The position numbers were made by a program, and so were the translations under genes. The notes beneath the pieces are model-generated. The model did no database searches and was not told where the DNA came from. It saw only the letters and a list, made by a program, of their open reading frames with translations. This document shows positions 47,851-57,467 of a DNA stretch of 64,000 nucleotides, in pieces. Where the stretch lies: the IMG/VR virus record IMGVR_UViG_3300020057_000029, positions 64,001 to 128,000 of that record; one strand, written 5' to 3'. This DNA is from a virus. The stretch's first letter is position 1, and each line of letters opens with the position of its first letter.

Positions 47851-49053
47851 TTATTCGTAATCACGGATTGCTTTAGCTACAGGAAATCTTGGGCGGCGAT
47901 TGATTCCGAAGCCCTGGTACACTACAGTCATCTGCTTACCTTGCCACAGTGAATGGTTTTCAAAACATTGTTTCAAAAAGCCAGTATCACCTTCTAGCTT
48001 AGCTTTAAAGTCCACACCTTCTTTGGTTAGGCAATTAAAAGCACCTACATGCCCATTGAGCTTGCCGCTGCCTTCTTCGATGCCAATGATCTTGAATTCG
48101 TCTTCATTGAATTCTTTGAGTTTTTGAAGATCCATGGAACGCTTTGGTACGTACAAAGCGTTCATGTTACGAATCATAGCTCCTTCGTAGCCTTGTTTAC
48201 GCATAGTATAGAAGAATTCCAGATCAGCTTCAACGCCGTCTGCCACTGTAAAAGTTTGTACAGGTACCAATGGAACCTGGAATGGGACTGTCGAGGCTAA
48301 AGTCGCAATGCGCTGGTTTGCTGGCTGATCGTTGATGATATCGTACACATGATAGTGAACCAACTTCGACTCTTCGCTAGGTTCATCTTTGCGAACAGCG
48401 CTTACGATTTTCTCGAAATCATTCTTGTACATGTGATTGTAAAGCTCGCCATCTAAAACAATGTCGCTTTTCACGTTAGCTTCGATTGTAGCAACGATAT
48501 GAGGAACAGACTTGATAGGTTTACGAGTACGCGACCACAGGGTACATTTGCCGTCCTTAACGATAGCAATGCAGCGAATACCGTCAAACTTTGGCTGCAT
48601 GAGAGCAGGAAACTTGATCTTTTTCGACTCTTTAGTGCGAGTGATAATTGGAGGATCGTTTTCATGACCTGGGCGCATGTCATATAAAACATCCAGATAG
48701 CTTTGGGCCAACATAGGAAGAGCGCCACCTTCAATAAGCTCATCTAGTTCGCCAGCCTGAGCTGCTTCCAAGGATTCAACGTAGCCTTTTTTGCGTTGTT
48801 TTTCATGTTTTGCTTGAGCTTCAGCTTCAGCTTGCTGTACAGCAGTGGTTTCATTCTTTTTACCTATATTTTTACCCTCTTTTACATAATCTACAGTTTT
48901 CTGTGGACTGTCAGTATTCAGTTGGCCATATTCAGTTAAAATTTCACCTACAGAGTCTTTATTTCTATCGTGCCATTCCTCTGTCACCTTGATCTTCCAG
49001 TACTGAATCGCACCAGTGTTTGTTTTCTTATAAAGAGTGGTAAAAGTTTTCAT
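47851..49053 (-). CDS. ATP-dependent DNA ligase with a WGR-like N-domain
   Basis: PMLA, QPKFDGIRC, LDGELY, EGAMIR, KLK, PRFPV. Confidence 0.92.
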   Translation of the reverse strand: MKTFTTLYKKTNTGAIQYWKIKVTEEWHDRNKDSVGEILTEYGQLNTDSPQKTVDYVKEGKNIGKKNETTAVQQAEAEAQAKHEKQRKKGYVESLEAAQAGELDELIEGGALPMLAQSYLDVLYDMRPGHENDPPIITRTKESKKIKFPALMQPKFDGIRCIAIVKDGKCTLWSRTRKPIKSVPHIVATIEANVKSDIVLDGELYNHMYKNDFEKIVSAVRKDEPSEESKLVHYHVYDIINDQPANQRIATLASTVPFQVPLVPVQTFTVADGVEADLEFFYTMRKQGYEGAMIRNMNALYVPKRSMDLQKLKEFNEDEFKIIGIEEGSGKLNGHVGAFNCLTKEGVDFKAKLEGDTGFLKQCFENHSLWQGKQMTVVYQGFGINRRPRFPVAKAIRDYE

Positions 49054-49685
49054 TTCTTGCTTCTATCCCTTTGTGTTTTCTTATAATGATCTTCTTTCCA
49101 TAATGGCTGAATATTTGTAAAATTGCAAGCTATTTTCAAATCTTCTTCTTTTGTCAAATCAAAATTCAATAATGCTATTCTATGGTCTAGCTCCCATTCT
49201 TTTCCGTAGTTATCCCAGGTCATCTCTGGTTGAAACTGATTGTAAATATAATTCTTGAATTCTTCTATTGAGCACCCTAGATATTTAATACCAACACCGG
49301 TCTTGTAATTACCCCTCATAGCCATTTTAAACCTAGACCTAACTCGTGTTTTAAGCAAAAAACCAATATCAGTCCTGATTCTTATAGCGTCTCTGGCTAC
49401 TTGATTTTTTATAATTTCTCTCTTATTTTTTTCATAATAATCTTTTCTTATCAATAGGATAGACTCTTTATTAGTCTGATAATACTTTTTAGCATTTTCC
49501 AGTATTTCTTTTTTCTTATTTTTGTAGCGTAAGCGAGCATTACTTCTCTTTTTCTCAGGGTTTTGAGAAGCCAATATCAAGTTTTTGTTTTTGACATACC
49601 TATCTGATGCATAGCACTTGGTACATTTAGGACCGGAGTACCATTTTGGGGCTTCTGTGACTTTGCAAATTATACATTGTTTCAT
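49050..49685 (-). mobile_element. HNH homing endonuclease (probable start 49685)
   Basis: YLGCS, MTWDNYG.WELDH, NFTNIQPLW; promoter TTGAGG-17-TAATCT 7 nt before the ATG. Confidence 0.75.
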
Positions 49686-49737
49686 ACAGTATAGATTACC
49701 ATTCTTCTGCTTTTCCCTCAATATAAAAAGCAAAAAG

Positions 49738-50061
49738 TCAATCTCTAGGTTTGTACATTCTACAGAAAAACATGTGAAGATCAGGTGCGCTTGTATGTTT
49801 AGCTCCACATTGGCATCCGTAGAAGCTGTTGTTATTCAGTAGAACGTCCAAGTCAACCGGGCTTTCCCATGGAAAAGCTGATCCTTTACCCTGTTCTACG
49901 AAGTGAACCTCGTAATTAATCATGTATTCGTCACTTTTTTCATAGGCCATCTGTTTGTAAACGCGGTTAAGCATACGAATTAACTTGGGAAATTCCCGAA
50001 TGGTTTTTGGCCATTCAACTAGGCTTTCCCCTGCATGTTGGAAAATAAGGCGAATTCTCAT
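49738..50061 (-). CDS. Hypothetical protein with a C-terminal CxC..H..H..C motif
   Basis: CQCGAKH....HMFFC. Confidence 0.5.
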   Translation of the reverse strand: MRIRLIFQHAGESLVEWPKTIREFPKLIRMLNRVYKQMAYEKSDEYMINYEVHFVEQGKGSAFPWESPVDLDVLLNNNSFYGCQCGAKHTSAPDLHMFFCRMYKPRD

Positions 50062-50111
50062 AGCGTAATCTTAATTGTATACGATATAGATAGTATATAC
50101 AAGAGGGCCTT

Positions 50112-50741
50112 ATGAAAATAGACCAGAAAATGATTGAAAAAGCTATTGAAGCGGTATTGAAGTTTTTCAACAAAGAGATTGCTAAGCCAGTACAGCCAAT
50201 CGTAGCGACCCCAGTTCCAAAGGTTGAAGTGGTAAGCGTGACACTTGATGATCTGGGTCCACTTTTGCACCAAGTTGACTGGGCTAATCCGCAATCTAAG
50301 ATTTCTAAGTATTTTACCGTAAACGAGGCTATCCAGTTACGTGAATGGAAGCGTTTGGCCAATGAATCAGATGGTTTAGACGACAAGGTTAAAGAGAATC
50401 TATACAGTATTTTTCAAAAGATGGATACAATCCGCGAATTCCTAGGAAAACCTGTGTACATTCGTTCCGCTTATCGCCCAGGTGAATACAACGTAGCAAT
50501 TGGTGGGGCTAAACGCTCTGCTCATATTGCTGATGCTGAATATGCTGCGGTTGACTTCTGGTGCGATATGGATAGTGATGGCGACAAGGATGGTGAGGAT
50601 TGTGATCTCATCAAGGTAGCCCTAATGAACAAGCTTGAGGGATGGGGTCTTCGTATGGAGGATAACGGCAAAGGTGCTAGATGGGTTCATCTAGACAACA
50701 AACCTGTGCCTCCAGGTGGCAACAGATTTTTTAAACCTTAA
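50112..50741 (+). CDS. Peptidase M15 (Zn D-Ala-D-Ala/L-Ala-D-Glu type), probable endolysin
   Basis: SAYRP..YN..IGGA..SAH, AVDF, WVHLD. Confidence 0.85.
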   Translation: MKIDQKMIEKAIEAVLKFFNKEIAKPVQPIVATPVPKVEVVSVTLDDLGPLLHQVDWANPQSKISKYFTVNEAIQLREWKRLANESDGLDDKVKENLYSIFQKMDTIREFLGKPVYIRSAYRPGEYNVAIGGAKRSAHIADAEYAAVDFWCDMDSDGDKDGEDCDLIKVALMNKLEGWGLRMEDNGKGARWVHLDNKPVPPGGNRFFKP

Positions 50742-50765
50742 GCGATTGTAAAGAATAAGACCCAA

Positions 50766-52784
50766 TTATTTTTTTTCAGACTTTTCCATGGTTTTAGGCC
50801 TATCGAACTCTTTTAGTTCGTGAACGTGTCTTGGGTGTAATACGGCATCATCGTGTTCATTAATACCAAACTTAACATGTTTTCCAGAAAGGATTTTTCC
50901 ATGTTGTTTGTTTGGCAAATGATGCATTTCGCCGGTTGGTTTTTTGGCAAAATATTCACCACCACGAGAGATCACCTTGCCCGTATGAGGGTGCTCGGAA
51001 TCGATTTTTTCAGACTTTTCCATGGTTTTAGGCTTTTTGTAACATTCCTTATCTTCGCCAGTCATCATTGCATCAGAAAATTTCTTGAGCTCTTTTTCGG
51101 CTTCAACGCTTTTTTTCAAAATCATAGTTTTGCCAAAAGAGTCTATTTCGCTTTTGGTCATGTTGGGCATTCGCTTCTTCATAAATTCTTGAAACTGTTC
51201 ACGCTTGTCCCATTTAGAATATTCTTCTTCTGCGCGAATTAACCACTCGGACTTTGTTAGGTTGGGCTTCATTTGTCTGATGCGCTTCAAATTCTTATGA
51301 GCAATTTCTTTGGCTGTATAAACGGTCTCGGAAGCAGCGCCATGACGAACCTTCTGGCCCATGTGGGACATTCCCATGCCAGCTTTTAGGCCAGGGCTCA
51401 TTTTATTACCAGCTACCTTGTCGGATAGAGGTTTGTTAACATTATCCGTTTTCTTCATACTGCCCTTGCCGAACGGCGAACCGATTGCAGCATTAATTGT
51501 CGAAGTGCCGTTCGAGGTAGCGGTATTGCCTAGGCTCTGAGGAGGAGGAGGAGGCGGTGGTGGTGGCGCATCTACTTTGTGCATTTTTTTGTCGAGATGC
51601 TCTTTGGCGAGCGCAGCGCCGTCTGTTAACGCACCAGGCGAGCTCATTCCAGAACCTGCGGTCATCGCTTTTTCCATCTTTTGTTCGCCAGAATCATTTT
51701 TTGGCTGTTTTTGCACATTAGCAGATGGGTTCATTGCTTTACCCAATAGCTTTTTGCGCTTATCAGCCATTCCGGCCTCAAAACGATCATCTTTACGAGC
51801 AGATGTATGAGCGGCTTGTAAGTGAAGCTTCATGCGGTCAAGATGATGAGCTCCAGCTTTATGATCTTTGGTACCCTGAGAATGCTCAAAATGCATTTTA
51901 GCAGCTTCTTCATGATCTTTGGTAGAAAAACCACGATATTCGTGGATGCGCTGATGACTCATCACGTCTTTGCCTGAGCTAGTGCGACCCATGGTGTGAC
52001 CAGGATCTCTAAAAGGTGTTTTGCCAAAGGTCTTTGCGCTGGCCTTTGGGGTGCCAATTGAAGCATTGGGTTTCTCGATACCTGCAGCAGATTTGTCAAC
52101 TGAAGCTGGAGCTTGTGATGTCATTTCTTTTTTCATGGGGGTGATTCCTAGCTTATTAGCATGATGATTCGGGTCTTCTGCCTTTTTTACATCGGCGAAA
52201 ACATCGGACTTAAGAAGTTCAATTTCTGCGTAAGGTACTGTTTTAAAAGACTGTTCTGATTTAAAAAAATCGGCGATATTATCGACTTTTTTAGTTTTTT
52301 CGGGCATTTCGGGCATTTTTTCAGCTATAGCCATTTTGTTACAATGGGACTCTGTTATGGTACATTTACGAGCAATAGATCTTGTAATTGTCATACCTTT
52401 TTTATCAAGCTTTGCGCCTTCAATAGAGAAACCAACTACATTGTGTTCGTTAATACCTCTTTTCTCAGCATCGTATTGAAAAAGACCGGCTACGTGCAGA
52501 CCAGACTCTGTATGGGTAAAGAGCTCACCCATAACGTAAACGTAGGGAACCTTGCATTTGTTCCAAAAATAGCGGTGTCTTTCGTTATCACAGTCTTCTA
52601 ACTTAAAGATTTTCTTAGCTTTTAAGATCTTTCCAATAATTTGCATTGGGTAGTCTTTTTTATGCTCCCAATTGAAATTTCCGGTTTTGTCTAACGAGGA
52701 GATATCCATTCCTGCTACGGAAATGATTTCGCCAGAAGAGTCTATGTTTTCAGAAGCTGCTATTCCGTCAATTAGGGTGGACAT
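50766..52784 (-). CDS. HK97/S78-like prohead protease with a ~500 aa C-terminal extension
   Basis: IDGIAASENIDSSGE, NWEH (His), IIGK, GFSIEG (Ser). Confidence 0.8.
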   Translation of the reverse strand: MSTLIDGIAASENIDSSGEIISVAGMDISSLDKTGNFNWEHKKDYPMQIIGKILKAKKIFKLEDCDNERHRYFWNKCKVPYVYVMGELFTHTESGLHVAGLFQYDAEKRGINEHNVVGFSIEGAKLDKKGMTITRSIARKCTITESHCNKMAIAEKMPEMPEKTKKVDNIADFFKSEQSFKTVPYAEIELLKSDVFADVKKAEDPNHHANKLGITPMKKEMTSQAPASVDKSAAGIEKPNASIGTPKASAKTFGKTPFRDPGHTMGRTSSGKDVMSHQRIHEYRGFSTKDHEEAAKMHFEHSQGTKDHKAGAHHLDRMKLHLQAAHTSARKDDRFEAGMADKRKKLLGKAMNPSANVQKQPKNDSGEQKMEKAMTAGSGMSSPGALTDGAALAKEHLDKKMHKVDAPPPPPPPPPQSLGNTATSNGTSTINAAIGSPFGKGSMKKTDNVNKPLSDKVAGNKMSPGLKAGMGMSHMGQKVRHGAASETVYTAKEIAHKNLKRIRQMKPNLTKSEWLIRAEEEYSKWDKREQFQEFMKKRMPNMTKSEIDSFGKTMILKKSVEAEKELKKFSDAMMTGEDKECYKKPKTMEKSEKIDSEHPHTGKVISRGGEYFAKKPTGEMHHLPNKQHGKILSGKHVKFGINEHDDAVLHPRHVHELKEFDRPKTMEKSEKK
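50771..51033. repeat. 29-bp direct repeat (50771-50799 and 51005-51033) encoding PKTMEKSEK
   Basis: TTTTTTCAGACTTTTCCATGGTTTTAGGC present twice. Confidence 0.9.
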
Positions 52785-52958
52785 ATGATTAAGATTACCT
52801 TAGACATGTCTTATCATGGATATCATTAGTTTATTTCAATTGATTTGGCAAGATTTTTCAATTCAACTGCTCGATTTTATACAGTAAAAGTGTTCCGTCT
52901 TAATCCTTTTTGTATACAATGAGTTATCTCATTCCACAAACCCTTAAAGGAGAATAAT

Positions 52959-53417
52959 ATGAAATCGACCAGTAAAGCAGAAGCTCTATTGCGCGACGTA
53001 GCTGATCATCTCAGAAAACGTTACGCTGGTAGTGCAAGCATTGACACTGTTCGTGAAGCCCGTGATTCCAATGGCTGGCCCATGCTGTTTCTTTCCGATG
53101 CCGGAAATGAAGCTGCTGGACAACCTGTGATCGCCCTTCGCATTAAAGCAGTTGACGCAGTTTCTAAAGATGTGTTCGGCAACGACCTGATCGCATTTGC
53201 CCCTCACAGTCTAGAGATCGCCTATGAATTGGATGGTACTGAACCAGAAGCAAGTCAAGCGGATCTTCTAAAAGCCCAATTTGAAGCCATTAAAACCGGT
53301 GTAAAAATTCAACAAAAGGCAATCGCAGATGGTACCGCAGTAACCGCAGCTAATATGGACGCTGCTGCAGTAGCAGTTGAGATCGAAGATCTTTATTGGC
53401 CAACCAAAGGCGTTTAA
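52959..53417 (+). CDS. Probable capsid-associated protein
   Basis: AAGGAG RBS; first gene of the capsid operon. Confidence 0.6.
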   Translation: MKSTSKAEALLRDVADHLRKRYAGSASIDTVREARDSNGWPMLFLSDAGNEAAGQPVIALRIKAVDAVSKDVFGNDLIAFAPHSLEIAYELDGTEPEASQADLLKAQFEAIKTGVKIQQKAIADGTAVTAANMDAAAVAVEIEDLYWPTKGV

Positions 53418-53440
53418 TCGCTTAATACGGAGGCTAATAT

Positions 53441-54169
53441 ATGTATACAGAACAAGATCTTTCAAAAATGTTAGCGGAAGTGGAAAAAGAATTTGCTGGT
53501 GCTCTTGCTAAAGCTGAAGAAGAAAAATCTTCTCTAGCTAAGTCAGAAACTGCAAATGCCGATGCCGCTACCGAAGAGACTGCCAAAGTTGAAGAGAAAT
53601 CTGCAACGGCGGAAATCGCTCTCGCTAAAAACGAAGACGAAGACGAAGATAAAGACGATTGCGATTACGACGACGAGGATCATGAAGAAATAGAGAAAAT
53701 CTATAAGTCCATGTCCAAATCTGAACGTAAAGCACACTTGAATGCGCTCGGGAAATGTGGAGAAATGTCAATGAAAAAGTCCGAAAAAGACACTTTAGTT
53801 GAAATTGAAACCCCTATTGCTGACGCTGGTAAAGAAATCGAACTTCTTAAGTCCGAATTTTCGACTAAACTTGCCGCTTCTGAAGCAAAAAGCGAAGAGT
53901 TAAAAAAGAATCTAGATGCCGTGTCAGAATTTTTGACCAGATTGGTTAAGAAAACTGCACCCCAAGGTAAGGGTATCACTAATCTCGACAGTATCGCCAA
54001 AAGCGATGTTGGCGCTGATGAAGAGAAGCCTTTGTCGAAGAGTGAAATTAGCACTCGTCTAGCTAAAAAAGCCGCTGAACCTACTTTGGCCAAGTCGGAT
54101 AGAGAGGCTATCAATGCTTTCTACCTACAAGGCGCAAATATTAACACTGTAAACCACTTACTCAAGTAA
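53441..54169 (+). CDS. Scaffolding protein
   Basis: Acidic coiled coil directly upstream of the MCP, with about 10 xxK[SAN] sites. Confidence 0.7.
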   Translation: MYTEQDLSKMLAEVEKEFAGALAKAEEEKSSLAKSETANADAATEETAKVEEKSATAEIALAKNEDEDEDKDDCDYDDEDHEEIEKIYKSMSKSERKAHLNALGKCGEMSMKKSEKDTLVEIETPIADAGKEIELLKSEFSTKLAASEAKSEELKKNLDAVSEFLTRLVKKTAPQGKGITNLDSIAKSDVGADEEKPLSKSEISTRLAKKAAEPTLAKSDREAINAFYLQGANINTVNHLLK

Positions 54170-54200
54170 TTGGTAAAAAGACTTAAATAAGGAGAATAAA

Positions 54201-55586
54201 ATGATCGAACAACTTCAGTCACTTATGAAAGCTCTTGAGGCCGGTAGTTACAACGCCGCCCCAGGTCAGCTTGCGCAAGGTGCTGCTTTAATGGTGGAAG
54301 ACCTTTCCCCAGTAATGCAAAACGTAACGTTTGACGACAGCCATATCAAACTTCAAAAAATGCTAACTAGCAAAGATGTAAAAGCTACAATGCATCAATT
54401 CAACCGTCAACTTGACTATGGAATCTTCGGTGGTTCTGCTCAATTTGAAGGCGGCATTGGTGAAGAAGATACCTCGAACTACGTTCGTGCTATCGTTCCC
54501 ATGGCCTATTACAGCACGACTCGTCGTGTTTCTGTTGCTGCTAACCTCATCGGTGCTTTCGACGGCGTAAAAGCTGAAGACCGTGCTGCTGCTGACGCTG
54601 CAATGAAACTTGCTGGCGATATCGAATTCGACTGCTTCCGTGGTCAATCCGATTTCTCAAACGCTGGTGTGTTTGACGGTAACCCTCTCGCTGTAGCGAA
54701 AGTGCCCAATATGATTGGACTTGACCAACAAGTTCGTCAGTCGGACGCTCAACAAAATACGCAAGATCTTATGTTTGCTGAGTACGGCTCAGACCAAACT
54801 GTAGTACTCTCTGCTGGTGGCGCTCTAACCCAGTCCATCATCGAAGATTCCGCAGTTCGTAGCTCTATGAACATGGGTAATGCTGATAAGCTCGTTCTCG
54901 ATCCTATCAGTCTCTCTGCATATAACAAGATCGCCCACGCTAAAGAACGTATCATGCTCGCTGGCTCTGCTCAAGAAGCTTCCGGCGCTCACTTACGTAC
55001 TCAGTGGACCTCTTCGGCTATCGTATCACTTGAAGCTTCGCGCTTCTTGAGTGGTAAGACTCGTCCTGCTCGCGCTCGCGCATCAGCTCTCGCTGGTCCC
55101 GCTATCGCTGCTGCTGACGCTGGTGCCGCTGGTTCGCTCTTGGCCGCTGCTGCATACGTATACTATGCTACTGCTGTTAATGAACGTGGCGAAAGTACTC
55201 CTGGTGCATCTAGTTCTGTAACCCCTGCTCTTGCTGGTAACAAGGTCAATGTGACCATTACTGCAGTAGCTGGAGCTAAGTACTACAACTTGTATCGATC
55301 TGCCGCTGGTGGAAATGCAGCTTCTGCAAAATTCATTGGCAAGATTGCACAAGGTTCTGGCAACCCTGTATTCGCGGATCTTGGTAACCGTTCCCCTGGT
55401 TCTGTTACTGGTTTCTTGATTCAAGGTAACACCATGGGTCTTGCTCAGTTGGCTCCATATAGCAAATTGAAATTGGCTGTTAGTGACCTCTCACTTCCTG
55501 AGGCACACTTCAGATTCCTTTCTCTTGCTGTATACCAACCTCGCAAAAACGTTCTGATCGAGAACATTGATGGTCAACTTAGCTAA
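54201..55586 (+). CDS. Major capsid protein with an Ig/FN3-like insertion
   Basis: LMKALEAG, AALMVEDL, IEF..F.G, GL..Q; insertion YVYYATAVNERGES...YNLYRS resembles SPO1/Twort-type MCPs; strong terminator follows. Confidence 0.85.
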   Translation: MIEQLQSLMKALEAGSYNAAPGQLAQGAALMVEDLSPVMQNVTFDDSHIKLQKMLTSKDVKATMHQFNRQLDYGIFGGSAQFEGGIGEEDTSNYVRAIVPMAYYSTTRRVSVAANLIGAFDGVKAEDRAAADAAMKLAGDIEFDCFRGQSDFSNAGVFDGNPLAVAKVPNMIGLDQQVRQSDAQQNTQDLMFAEYGSDQTVVLSAGGALTQSIIEDSAVRSSMNMGNADKLVLDPISLSAYNKIAHAKERIMLAGSAQEASGAHLRTQWTSSAIVSLEASRFLSGKTRPARARASALAGPAIAAADAGAAGSLLAAAAYVYYATAVNERGESTPGASSSVTPALAGNKVNVTITAVAGAKYYNLYRSAAGGNAASAKFIGKIAQGSGNPVFADLGNRSPGSVTGFLIQGNTMGLAQLAPYSKLKLAVSDLSLPEAHFRFLSLAVYQPRKNVLIENIDGQLS

Positions 55587-55612
55587 TCAATAGCAATATT
55601 AGTTAGTTACGC

Positions 55613-55660
55613 AAAAAAAGAAAAGCCACTTGTTTAATTACAGGTGGCTTTTTCTTTTTT
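55613..55660. terminator. Rho-independent bidirectional terminator after the MCP
   Basis: AAAAGCCACTTG-loop-CAGGTGGCTTTT flanked by A and T runs. Confidence 0.85.
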
Positions 55661-55710
55661 TATTTATGCTAATCTATCTTCTTGCGATTATCTGTTTTTG
55701 CTTTTTCATA

Positions 55711-55739
55711 TTGCTTTCTGTATCTATTCATAGTACAAT
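55711..55739 (+). promoter_or_regulatory. Sigma70-type promoter giving a leaderless mRNA
   Basis: TTGCTT-17nt-TACAAT, 6 nt before ATG 55746. Confidence 0.6.
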
Positions 55740-55745
55740 ACGTAT

Positions 55746-57449
55746 ATGAAGGATAAAATATCAGAACTGTATAAAAAAGGTGTGAAAACATCAGATATAG
55801 CCATGGTTCTAAGGAAAACGCCTCAAAGAATTAATCAAGTGCTGATAGAGCTTGGCTTAAAGCAAAAAACGTTTGACTATTCGCCAAAAATAACTGCTAT
55901 CATTGCTGAAAGCATTCTTGCTTTTAATAGAGATGGTCTGACCGTAACTGAAATATCAAAAAGGGTTGATCTAACAACCACTGGAATCAGAAATTTTCTT
56001 AAAAAACGTAGTATTTCAACAAACGCATCCAAAGAAGACAGGTCTAGGCCTTGTGTTGTTTGTAAATTAGTGTTCACTCCGAAACACTCAGATGGGGTGA
56101 AAAAAAACAAATACAAGACTTGCTCTGTCGAATGTCGCTCTAAGCACGCTAGTGAATACAGAACGAAATATACAAAAGATGATATCGATAAGGTTTTAGA
56201 GCTAAAAAAGGCCAATACTGCCAATGATGAGATTTGCCTGGCAACAGGGGTAAATATAAATAAGATCAAAGAGGTGATCAAAGAAAATGCCTTGTTTTTG
56301 GACCCAAAAGTGGCTCAAAAGAATGCTTATGAAGCTAAGCTAAAAAAGAATACTCGTTCTATGGAAGAGATGCGAGCTTATTACGGAAAAATAGCCGTAT
56401 CAGAAGAAAGTCTTGAAAAAACAAAAACAATTCTTTTGGAAAGGGGTTTTGAATATATAGATGGTTTTGAGGGCAAAAGCAATCCTTTTAAAATCAAATG
56501 TCTAGTCTGCAATAATATCAGAACTACACATAGGATAAACAATGTGGTCAAAAACGCCTGTATGTTCTGTTCTGGATGTAAAAAAACTTCCAAAGCCGAA
56601 ATAGAAATTGGGGCATGGGTAAACTCTTTAAAGATAAAGGCTGAAAAATTCAAGTTTGAATACCGAAAAGATGGTGGCGAAATAGATGTTTTTGTTCCCC
56701 TTGTAAAGGTGGGAATAGAATACTGTGGTCTTTATTGGCATAACGAAAATAGCCCAACCTCAAGAGGGGTGGATTATCATTTCAACAAAATGAAAAAGGC
56801 TAACAAAGAAGGTATTCGCCTAATAACCATTTTCGAAGACGAATGGCTCAATAAAAAAGATCAAATTAAAGGATTTTTACGATCTGTTCTTAATAAAAAT
56901 GAAATAAGGCTTTTTGCCAGAAAAACAGATTTGAGAGAGGTGCCTAAAAAAGAGGCCTCTCTTTTCTTAGAGGAAAATCATATCCAGGGTTCTTCTCAAA
57001 TCGAATCGGCTTTTGGCCTTTATTACAACGAAGAGCTTGTTGGTATTGTAACTGGCAACAAACATCACAGACAGGGAATGAAAAATCAATTCATACTGAA
57101 TCGATTGGCCTTTAAAACAAACGTAAGTGTGGCTGGTGGTTCGTCTCGGCTTCTTAAGGCGCTAATTGGTTATGCTAAAAAGAATGGCTATTTAAAACTA
57201 GTCTCGTGGTCAGACAATAGGTGGTCCGAAGGTAATGTTTACGAAAAACTAGGGTTTGTATTGGAAGAAACCCTTGGCCCAGACTATTCTTACGTAGTTG
57301 GCCAAAAAAGAATCTCCAAGCAATCTTGTACCAAGGAAAACTTGCTCAAAAAAGGAGCCATTGGTAACACAGAAAAAGAAATGGCCCTCAGTTTAGGATA
57401 TAGCAGAATATGGGATTGTGGCAAAAAACGCTGGACCTTCGCCTTGTAG
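55746..57449 (+). mobile_element. Free-standing homing endonuclease, paralogue of 38185-39618 with an HTH-rich N-terminus
   Basis: EIDVF...GIEYCGLYWH, IFEDEW, RIWDCGKKRW; C-half closely similar to ORF 38185. Confidence 0.75.
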
Positions 57450-57467
57450 CCATGATATAATCCTGTT

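Noticed and set aside
51538-51570. Poly-proline GGA/GGT run as a regulatory repeat
   Set aside because: It is an in-frame low-complexity linker in the protease extension with mixed codons.
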